From positions 508,368-572,367 of the forward strand of contig JADJEH010000001.1 of the NCBI GenBank assembly GCA_016702305.1: a stretch of DNA of 64,000 bases, read 5' to 3'. The notes under the pieces were generated by a model, which saw only the letters and a program-made list of their open reading frames with translations, did no database searches and was not told the DNA's origin. Both the position numbers and the translations under genes were made by a program. This stretch comes from a bacterium (GTDB lineage: Bacteria; Electryoneota; RPQS01). Positions 49,079 through 56,736 of this stretch are shown here, one piece after another; the first letter of the stretch is position 1, and every line of letters starts with the position of its first letter.

Positions 49079-50255
49079 CTCCGCAGCTCTTGACGCTCGC
49101 CTCGAGAAACGACTTGTTCGCAGCCGTTTGTTGAATGACGAGCAGCTTTCGCGAGCGCAAGTCGTGCAACGCGAATCTGCGGTCAGTCTGGCCGAGGCAA
49201 TTGCCCAATTGAACCTGATTTCTATGCATGATCTCGCGACAATCGTCGAGAGCATGCAGGAGACACGCTCGGTTAAGCTCGAGGATGTTCAGATCGACTC
49301 CGAAGCGGTGAGGCACATCCCGGCGCAAGTGGCGTTGAAATTCGCGTGTGTCCCGGTCAGGCGATCAGGCAACACAATTGTGGTGGCGATGTCGGACCCC
49401 GGAGATAAGGCCGCACTGGATGCGCTGCGCGCCGTCACCGACTTCGAAATCATGCCGGTGCTGGCTGATTTTGAGGCACTTGAACATGCGCTGTACATCT
49501 TTTACGGTTCCGGAGCAAACACGGACGCAGGACGATTGGAAACGACCAAACGCGGCGGCGTGTCGAGCGGCTGGGAAATTGGTTCCCCGTGGAACTCGGA
49601 CTTTGATTCTTTTGTTGACCACGAGGGAGTGACGCGCGCGCGCGAGCTTGCCAAGATTGTGGCAGCGGGCCAGTGGGACGGCTTGAGTGAAGCGCTTGTT
49701 CTCGTCGGCCCGAGCGGTTGCGGCAAGTCGCATTTGCTAAGCGCAATTCGACACTATACGGCAACCCGCGAGCCCTTGCTGCGCGGCCTGCATGTTCACG
49801 GTGACCAGCTTAAGCGCGCGTTTGCCGATTACATGTTGGCGGGAAAAGAGAATGCGCTCCGCTTTGAAATGCGCGATAGATCATTGCTGCTCTTTGACGA
49901 CTTCTACAGCGCATGGGGACATGAAGCACTTGAAGAAGAGATCGTAACGGCCATGAACATTGTGCTTCACTCGGGCGGTGTGGTCATGGTTGCGCTGACA
50001 GTTGAACAGTTCTTCGGTGGACCGTTCAGCAAAGCGATGCGCGAGCTTATGGCGCGAGCGACCGAAGTCCGGATGCAACTGCCGACGGAGGACGCGATGC
50101 GGAGTATTGTCCGGGCCCGCTGCGGCGCGGAGCGCGCAGCTTCTCTGTGCGCCGAGCTGTGCAATCAGCAGTCCTCGCACACTTTGTGGTCTACAATGCA
50201 AGAGTGGGCGCTTGCCCATCCGGCACTCGATCAAGACAAAGCGGTGCAACGATGA
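49071..50255 (+). CDS. fusion protein: N-terminal GspE_N/MshEN-like domain + C-terminal Hda/DnaA-like AAA+ ATPase domain (no DnaA DNA-binding domain)
   Basis: aa ~10-140 parallel the PilB N-domain in this window (..VALKFACVPVRRSGNTIVVAMSDPGDKAALDALRAVTDFEIMPVLA..ALYIFY). aa ~170-390: DFDSFVDHEGVTRARELAKIVAAG....LVLVGPSGCGKSHLLSAIRH (DnaA box I/Walker A), LLLFDDF (Walker B), EEEIVTAMN, AMRELMARATEV as in DnaA/Hda domain III. Confidence 0.6.
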   Translation: MSNSAALDARLEKRLVRSRLLNDEQLSRAQVVQRESAVSLAEAIAQLNLISMHDLATIVESMQETRSVKLEDVQIDSEAVRHIPAQVALKFACVPVRRSGNTIVVAMSDPGDKAALDALRAVTDFEIMPVLADFEALEHALYIFYGSGANTDAGRLETTKRGGVSSGWEIGSPWNSDFDSFVDHEGVTRARELAKIVAAGQWDGLSEALVLVGPSGCGKSHLLSAIRHYTATREPLLRGLHVHGDQLKRAFADYMLAGKENALRFEMRDRSLLLFDDFYSAWGHEALEEEIVTAMNIVLHSGGVVMVALTVEQFFGGPFSKAMRELMARATEVRMQLPTEDAMRSIVRARCGAERAASLCAELCNQQSSHTLWSTMQEWALAHPALDQDKAVQR

Positions 50256-50644
50256 ACAGCACGAGGGTCATGCTGCTGGATGATGATTCGCGGTATCTGG
50301 AAGTCATTCAGTTCAGCTTGGAGTCCGCGGACATGACGGTCGATACAGCCGTTTCGGGAGCCGGTCTCAGCGCCCGCATAGAGCGCTTCGCACCAGATGT
50401 TCTCGTGATGGATGTCATGCTTGGTGAGCATAACGGGATTGCACTCGCGCGTGCCTTTCGTGAGGAAAGTGGGCGCTATGACTTGCCGATCGTGTTTGTG
50501 AGCGCTTGGACCGGAACCGGTGAATTGCGATTACCTGGGAATTCAGTGATGCTGTTCAAGCCGTTTACACCGAACGAGTTAATCAAAGCAATTGGTGATG
50601 CGCTGCGTGGGCAGCAGGTCACCGCAGACAATAATGTGCGCTGA
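50252..50644 (+). CDS. stand-alone response-regulator receiver (CheY-like) domain
   Basis: Start at MNSTRVMLLDDDS (overlaps previous stop, ATGA); acidic pocket DD..., phospho-acceptor D in VLVMDVML, conserved K in LFKPF. Confidence 0.75.
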   Translation: MNSTRVMLLDDDSRYLEVIQFSLESADMTVDTAVSGAGLSARIERFAPDVLVMDVMLGEHNGIALARAFREESGRYDLPIVFVSAWTGTGELRLPGNSVMLFKPFTPNELIKAIGDALRGQQVTADNNVR

Positions 50645-51755
50645 AGTTACATCAAATCACACCGCGCTTGTTCTGGCCGACGCAATCCTGCGTTCTGCTG
50701 TTGATCTGGCGTATGTTATAGATCGCAAAGGGCAACTTGTGGCCGGTAATGAGCGCTTCTGGTTGGAGTTCTCCGTTACTGGGGCGCCCAGTCCGCTGCA
50801 ACCGCTGGCTGGTATGATCGCGGAAGATGAACGCGCGATGGCTGAGCGTATATGGGAGACCGTACAGCGACACCGGCGAGCGGAGCGATCGGTGCGCCAC
50901 ATGCGAACGACAGGCGGACAGATGCACACCTTCAGCGTCGTCGAGACTCCGGTGGTGCATGCCAACGAGGTGACGGGTGTTCTGGGTGTGGCGCGCGACG
51001 TGAGCGAAGAAGCGACCATTGAAGATAAGTTGTGGAATCAGCAGGAACATCGCGAGGCGGCGCTCGAATACGCCGTGCGTGCTTCGATGGGATTGGTCAA
51101 GGGTTACGTATATTCCCTACGCAAACTTGAGAACATGCCCGAAGATAAACGCAGCCGTTTCAGTCAGGTGATCGCAGACGAAATTGACACCATGGGCCGG
51201 AGCATTGATAATTTGCTATTCAGTCGCGGCTCTGCGGACCTCCACGCGGATGAAGAGGTGTTTGACCTGCGGCATGTAGTGCACGAGGTGTTGAGCAACT
51301 GCAGAGCGGAAAGTGTGCGACGTGAGATCCGCCTGGAGTTTGACGATCCCAATGTGGAAGTGAATTACCACGGCCATGAAGAAGCGGTAGCGCGCGTGAT
51401 CGCGAACCTCGTAGACTTCTGCCTGTTGCGCCTCACTCACATGGGCACGGTCACGGTCAGCATCTCAGACTGCGTCGAGTATATTGATATCGGCATCGTG
51501 GACAAGGGCGCGCCGGTCAATCGGGAGCAATTGGACGGGCTATTGAGTCCGGCACGAACTCCCGTGAAGGCTGATGGCGTCGCCTTCAGCGGCACGTTTG
51601 ATCTTGAAGTCGCCAGACTACTGTGCGATTCAATGGGCGGAGGACTGGATCTGCGGGTGAGCGATGACCATAGCATTCAGTTTACAATCATGCTCCCGCG
51701 TTCGATCAATTATTTACATCGCGGCACCGTTCAATCACATTCGGCGGTCGAGTAA
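50634..51755 (+). CDS. PAS-domain histidine-kinase-like protein with atypical H-box and degenerate ATP-lid motifs
   Basis: PAS-like N-terminus (..YVIDRKGQLVAGNERF..), DHp-like segment QQEHREAALEYA...IDNLLFSRGSAD, HATPase_c-like region with ANLVDF (N-box-like) and DKGAPV (G1-like) but no clear GxGLGL G2; overlaps the REC gene by 11 nt. Confidence 0.55.
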   Translation: MCAEVTSNHTALVLADAILRSAVDLAYVIDRKGQLVAGNERFWLEFSVTGAPSPLQPLAGMIAEDERAMAERIWETVQRHRRAERSVRHMRTTGGQMHTFSVVETPVVHANEVTGVLGVARDVSEEATIEDKLWNQQEHREAALEYAVRASMGLVKGYVYSLRKLENMPEDKRSRFSQVIADEIDTMGRSIDNLLFSRGSADLHADEEVFDLRHVVHEVLSNCRAESVRREIRLEFDDPNVEVNYHGHEEAVARVIANLVDFCLLRLTHMGTVTVSISDCVEYIDIGIVDKGAPVNREQLDGLLSPARTPVKADGVAFSGTFDLEVARLLCDSMGGGLDLRVSDDHSIQFTIMLPRSINYLHRGTVQSHSAVE

Positions 51756-51789
51756 CCGTACGCATAGACATCAGAGATAAGGGCAAGTC

Positions 51790-53511
51790 ATGGCAAAGCG
51801 GAGCAAAATCGGCATCGGGATTGACGTGGGCAGCAAGCGTGTTCGCCTCGCGGTCCTGAAAAATACGGGTGACACCGTGGCCGTGGATAAACTGGCATGT
51901 GTGGATCTGCCACAGGACGCTGTCGTGGACGGCATGCTGATGGACAGCACGGCCGTTAGTGATGTGCTGACCCAGTTGGCCAAAGAGCACGGTCTGAAGG
52001 GCAAAGAGATCGCTGTCGCCGTCGGTGGCCGCCAGTTGATGATCAAGAAGATCACGACAGACGACATGTCTGACGAAGAACTGCGCCACGCGATTGAATA
52101 CGAAGCGGACACAAACCTGCCGTTTAATATTGATCAGGTGTCGCTCGACTATGCCCGCTTGCATCAAGACGTTGACGGCGGTCGGATGGACGTCCTGCTT
52201 GTGGCCGCGAAGAATGAGGTTGTATTCGACTCGACGGAACCGCAGCATTGGGCCGGCATGAAGCCGAAACTTCTCGAAGCCGCGCCGTTTGCCATTCAAG
52301 CCGCGCTCACCGAGGCGGGATACCTCGATATGGAAGGTATCGTCGGAGTCTTGCACATTGGTTTTCAAAGCACGGAGGTTATGCTCTATGACATGTCCCA
52401 GTTTGAGACCAGCCGCAGCATTCCGATCGGCGGTAAGGCCTACATTGAAGGACTGATCAGGCGATGTGGCTTTGGATTTGACAAGGCGGTGGGTATGCTC
52501 GGCAAGACCGTGCGTACTGAAGAGGAGCAGGATGCTCTGGATGCGGTGGCACGGAGCGTCAGTGAGCGTCTCGCTGAACAGATCGAACGCGGCCTGCCCG
52601 AGTACCTTGGAGTTTTGGCCGAGCGCCCGATTTCGCGCATGCTGATGTGCGGCGGAGGTGCGGAGCTGCCGTGCCTTCAGTCGGCCATGCGTCAGCGCTT
52701 CGGCATTGATGTTGACGTTGTGGATCCGTTCCGCAAGATGAATGCGCCGTCCAAAGGTGTTGTGCTGCCTGAAGGCGGCGACGCCGCAGGATATTCGAGC
52801 GCGGTAGGGTTGGCTCTGCGAGCCATGGGCGGCGATCACCCCGGATTCAACTTAGTGTTCCGCAGTGACCGCCCGGAGACCAAGCGCGAGCACTATCTGG
52901 GCGCGCGCGCGGTGGTACCGATTCTGGGAATCTCAGCCGTGCTGCTGGGTATGACGATTGTGCATCTCAGCCAGCAAAACCGACTATCTGCGCTCGAATC
53001 CCGACTGGAGGCTATTCGCTCCGAGACGGACATCTACAGGGACAAAATCGCCGTTGTTGAAGACCTGACGATGAAGCGCGCCGACGTCTCGGAACGCATT
53101 GACGTGATTCAAGAGCTCGATCGCAATCGGTTCGCACGTGTCGAAGTGCTTGAGATGCTTGCACGCCGACTGCCGTCCTTAATGTGGTTGACCGAAGTCA
53201 AAGAGTCGCCGACGCCCAACGGTGCGGGCGTGCACGTATCCGGTATGACGAGTTCAAATACTCGCGTCGCTGAGTTTATGACGGCGCTGCTGAACGAACC
53301 ACGCGTCAAGGCGGTGGACCTACTGGTCACGCAAAGCAACCAAATTGGCGAGACCGATGTTACCGAATTCACGCTGCAGATAACCATACCGACGATTGAA
53401 ATGCAGGCGATTAAGTCCAAGCGCGAAAATCTGATCAAGAAGGGCGCGGCCGCCGTGAAAGAGAAGAACAAGGCGCTCGATGAGGCTAAGAAAGAAACTG
53501 AGAAGCATTAA
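51790..53511 (+). CDS. pilM: PilM-PilN fusion protein (actin-like ATPase fold fused to membrane-anchored PilN)
   Basis: aa 1-350 PilM (IGIDVGSKRVRLAVL..., VGLALR), then TM helix AVVPILGISAVLLGMTIV and PilN coiled-coil/periplasmic domain to aa 573. Confidence 0.85.
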   Translation: MAKRSKIGIGIDVGSKRVRLAVLKNTGDTVAVDKLACVDLPQDAVVDGMLMDSTAVSDVLTQLAKEHGLKGKEIAVAVGGRQLMIKKITTDDMSDEELRHAIEYEADTNLPFNIDQVSLDYARLHQDVDGGRMDVLLVAAKNEVVFDSTEPQHWAGMKPKLLEAAPFAIQAALTEAGYLDMEGIVGVLHIGFQSTEVMLYDMSQFETSRSIPIGGKAYIEGLIRRCGFGFDKAVGMLGKTVRTEEEQDALDAVARSVSERLAEQIERGLPEYLGVLAERPISRMLMCGGGAELPCLQSAMRQRFGIDVDVVDPFRKMNAPSKGVVLPEGGDAAGYSSAVGLALRAMGGDHPGFNLVFRSDRPETKREHYLGARAVVPILGISAVLLGMTIVHLSQQNRLSALESRLEAIRSETDIYRDKIAVVEDLTMKRADVSERIDVIQELDRNRFARVEVLEMLARRLPSLMWLTEVKESPTPNGAGVHVSGMTSSNTRVAEFMTALLNEPRVKAVDLLVTQSNQIGETDVTEFTLQITIPTIEMQAIKSKRENLIKKGAAAVKEKNKALDEAKKETEKH

Positions 53512-53538
53512 ACTCAAGATAGATTGGCAGGAGGTTCC

Positions 53539-53943
53539 ATGCGGAACGTAATGTGGATGACAATGATCATGATCGCCGGCTTGCTGGCAGTGTCATGTGA
53601 AGAGGGAATCAACGAGGACAACAGCTCCGCGAAGGTCACGGGCTACGTCTATCGTTCGCACGGCGACCCGTCCGGAGTGCCCGGCGTGCGAGTGATCATT
53701 GAAAGTGACGTTGAGTCGGAGAATCCGTACCTCGGTCCAGACCGATGGTTTGAAACGGATGCCAACGGCTATTTTGAGGCCTACGTCTTCCTCGGTACCG
53801 ATGAAGAGACCGGCGGGTATGACTATGTCGCCGACTGTCTGATTCAGTATTTCTACCAGGACGCTTCCGTCGGCTTGCCGACCGGCGGCATCACGCTGTC
53901 GCCTGGCTCGAACTTCACGATGCCGCCGCGCTATCTCAACTGA
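53539..53943 (+). CDS. small lipoprotein with carboxypeptidase-regulatory-like (transthyretin-type) fold
   Basis: Lipobox MRNVMWMTMIMIAGLLAVSC; GYVYRS.GDPSGVPGVRVIIES pattern; inserted between pilM/N and pilO. Confidence 0.5.
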   Translation: MRNVMWMTMIMIAGLLAVSCEEGINEDNSSAKVTGYVYRSHGDPSGVPGVRVIIESDVESENPYLGPDRWFETDANGYFEAYVFLGTDEETGGYDYVADCLIQYFYQDASVGLPTGGITLSPGSNFTMPPRYLN

Positions 53944-53957
53944 CGAGGAGTAATTCG

Positions 53958-54596
53958 ATGTCGCTCAATTTACGCAGTCCGGGCACGCAGAAAACGCTGA
54001 TCGTCATCTTCCTGATGTTCGGCGCCGTCTATGCGTACTCGAACTTTGTGTACACGCCGCGGGAAGACAAAGCGACGCTGCTGGAAAAGAGTATTGCCGA
54101 AGAGCAAGAACTCTTGACCAAGGGCAAACGTATCGCCGCGAACTTCCAGACGGTGCAGGAAGACTACGCGCGGCTGATGGAAAGCTGGGATATCGCGATT
54201 CAACTCCTGCCGACGCAGCAGGAAATGGACGCGCTGCTGAAGAGCATCTCTGAAGAGGGAAGCCGCCGCGACGTGAACTTCCTCTTGTTCAGGCCGATGG
54301 ATCCCGTCGAGCAGCCGTACTACTGGGAATATCCGATCCAGATCCGCACGCTGTCATCCTATCACAGTTTGGGCCGCTTCGTGTCGGCCGTCGCCGGATT
54401 GGATAGAATCGTGAACGTGCGAAATTTCAAACTGGCCGCCTATCGCCCCAACAAGGGACGAAGCCCCAATACGGTTGAAGCCGAGTTTTTGGCCACGATC
54501 TACGTGTTCAAGGAGTTGGGCTCGCCCGTCGGTGTTACACCCAAGGAAGAAGAGACGAAGGGCAAGAAGCGCAAGAAGCCGGTGGAGGACGCATAA
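53958..54596 (+). CDS. pilO: type IV pilus alignment protein PilO
   Basis: N-terminal TM segment, coiled coil, C-terminal PilO-type ferredoxin-like repeat; position between pilN and pilP. Confidence 0.8.
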   Translation: MSLNLRSPGTQKTLIVIFLMFGAVYAYSNFVYTPREDKATLLEKSIAEEQELLTKGKRIAANFQTVQEDYARLMESWDIAIQLLPTQQEMDALLKSISEEGSRRDVNFLLFRPMDPVEQPYYWEYPIQIRTLSSYHSLGRFVSAVAGLDRIVNVRNFKLAAYRPNKGRSPNTVEAEFLATIYVFKELGSPVGVTPKEEETKGKKRKKPVEDA

Positions 54597-55162
54597 TGAA
54601 TTCGCTGATCAAATGGCTGACCATCGTGTTGTGCGTGGTCACGGTGTTTGCCGAAGAGGATAGCCCGGCCAAGCGCAAGAAGCTCGCGCCCAGCGAGCCT
54701 GTGGTCGTCGAAACGGACGGCGCGCCCCGCGCGGGCGAGACGCTTTCGACAAAGACCTCAGGGCTTGATTCTCTCGGAGTTATGCCGACAGAGATGGAGA
54801 CGCAGGCCAACGGCGGCACGCGCCGTGTGAAGCTTGAGTCGCTCGTGTTCAATCGCCACGAGCCGGTGCAATATCTGGCGTCGGATCTGCGCGATCCGTT
54901 CCGGGCATTGGTCGAAAAAGACAAACCGGACGACGCGCCGTCGGATCTACTGTCGCTTGACGGCGCGGTCCTGACCGGCGTCGTATGGTCCGATGGAAAA
55001 TATTTGGCCATGGTTAAGGACAAAGACGCCAAGAGTTTCTTCCTGCGGGAAGGCGACGCCGTACAGAATGGCAAGGTGCTATACGTCGGCCAGACCGAGT
55101 CCGTGTTCGAGGTTACCGAATTCGGTGACTACTCGCGCATCACGTTGAAAGTTCAAGGATAA
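54596..55162 (+). CDS. pilP: type IV pilus lipoprotein PilP
   Basis: Signal peptide MNSLIKWLTIVLCVVTVFA, disordered linker, C-terminal beta-sandwich ..LTGVVWSDGKYLAMVKD.....FLREGDAV.NGKVLYVGQTESVFEV. Confidence 0.78.
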   Translation: MNSLIKWLTIVLCVVTVFAEEDSPAKRKKLAPSEPVVVETDGAPRAGETLSTKTSGLDSLGVMPTEMETQANGGTRRVKLESLVFNRHEPVQYLASDLRDPFRALVEKDKPDDAPSDLLSLDGAVLTGVVWSDGKYLAMVKDKDAKSFFLREGDAVQNGKVLYVGQTESVFEVTEFGDYSRITLKVQG

Positions 55163-55206
55163 TCAAAACGGAGTCCGCTCCGGAAAATAAGCGGAAAGGT
55201 GCAAAC

Positions 55207-56433
55207 ATGCAGCGGTATTGGAATTTCCTTCTGTTGACCCTACTGGTTTGCTCGCCAGTATGGGCGCAGACAACACGCGACGCGAATTACGAGCGCCGCA
55301 TCTCAATGAATGTGGAACAGGCGGACATCCGCACGGTGCTGCGCAGCATCGCCGAATTCTCCGGGACGAATATCGTCGCGGGCTCCGAAGTCACCGGTCC
55401 GGTCACGGTCCTGCTGAACAATGTGCCGTGGCGCGAAGCGCTCGACAACGTGCTGCGCATTAACGACTTCGTGGCGGTAGAAGAGAAGGGCGTCATCCGC
55501 GTGACGACGCATAAAGACATCGCGAGCGCCGCCCAGCTCGAACAGCTGACGACGAATATCTATAAGATCAGGTACGCGCGCGCCGAGACCCTCAAGAAGA
55601 CGCTGACGAAGCTCTTGAGCGAACGCGGCAAGATGGAGTCGGACACGCGCGCGAACACGCTGATCGTCACGGATATTCCCAACGTGATCGAGGCGATGAA
55701 CCGGATCGTCAATGAGTTGGACCAGCAGACGGCGCAGGTGCTGGTCGAAGCCAAGATCGTGCAAGTGGATGCCGCGCGCAGCCGCGAGCTGGGGATCAAC
55801 TGGTCGGCCGGCAACCTGAACAATCCGACCGCCAACACGAAGGCTGGCGCGTCGGTGGATCTGGGTGTCGCTAACCCGACGGGCTCGTTCACGTTCGGCA
55901 AGCTGCACAACGGTGTGGACATCGGCGCCACCCTCAGCGCTCTGGAAGAGGATAACGATGCTGAAGTCCTGTCACAGCCGTCCGTGCTGATCAATGACAA
56001 TGAATCCGCGCAGATTACGTCGGGCAAGCGGATCCCGATCAACCGTCTCGACCAGTCGGGGAATATTGTGACGGAATTTTACGATGTCGCGGTCAAGCTG
56101 AACGTCACGCCGCACATCAACCCCAACAACGAAGTGCTGATGACGCTGAATCCCGAAGTCGCTGACCTGTCCGGTGAAGCGACCGTGGCTGGAGGTATCA
56201 TCATCCTCACTTCGGAAGTCAAGACGACGCTGTTGGTCAAGGACGGTGAAACGGTTGTGATCGGCGGGGTGATTCGGTCGAAGGAGGGGACGCTCAATCG
56301 TCGTGTGCCGCTCCTGCACGCGATTCCGCTGTTTGGCCGCTTGTTTGAGTACGAAGTTGAAACCTCGGACAAGTCCGAGATTCTTGTCTTCGTGACCCCG
56401 CGGGTTATTCCGGCGGACATGGCCAAGAATTAG
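55207..56433 (+). CDS. pilQ: type IV pilus secretin PilQ (short form)
   Basis: Secretin_N (NTLIVTDIPNVIEAMNRIVNELD) and secretin C-domain (..TLLVKDGETVVIGGVIRS...RVPLLHAIPLFGRLF.......E.LVFVTPRVI); 408 aa. Confidence 0.88.
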   Translation: MQRYWNFLLLTLLVCSPVWAQTTRDANYERRISMNVEQADIRTVLRSIAEFSGTNIVAGSEVTGPVTVLLNNVPWREALDNVLRINDFVAVEEKGVIRVTTHKDIASAAQLEQLTTNIYKIRYARAETLKKTLTKLLSERGKMESDTRANTLIVTDIPNVIEAMNRIVNELDQQTAQVLVEAKIVQVDAARSRELGINWSAGNLNNPTANTKAGASVDLGVANPTGSFTFGKLHNGVDIGATLSALEEDNDAEVLSQPSVLINDNESAQITSGKRIPINRLDQSGNIVTEFYDVAVKLNVTPHINPNNEVLMTLNPEVADLSGEATVAGGIIILTSEVKTTLLVKDGETVVIGGVIRSKEGTLNRRVPLLHAIPLFGRLFEYEVETSDKSEILVFVTPRVIPADMAKN

Positions 56434-56513
56434 TTGGCAGCAACGTGTGATTCTCGCACCGTCGAGAGGCCGTGCGTGGGAAATGCACGTGACAATGCAT
56501 GTTTTGCACGGCA

Positions 56514-56545
56514 AGAGGCCCCCAACAAGGGCCTTTTTGCTTGTT
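56514..56545 (+). terminator. rho-independent terminator after pilQ
   Basis: AGAGGCCCC-caacaa-GGGCCTTTTTGCTTGTTT. Confidence 0.7.
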
Positions 56546-56736
56546 TATATTTAGGTTACAGTAACAACTTGGACTGGCCTATGTTATGCTCAAAGTAATT
56601 GTAAACATTGACTTTCTTGCACAGTCTCCGTAGCTTTTCCCTGTCAAAATCTGAGATTTATGATTCTCCGTCCCGCCGTGAGTGGGCCCACGGCGGGAAC
56701 GATCTTTATTGGGCCCCAACAATTTGGAGTGAGTGG

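Noticed and set aside
55303-56514. Minus-strand ORFs (201, 160, 180 aa) within pilQ
   Set aside because: Overlap the conserved secretin domain on the opposite strand. No independent support.
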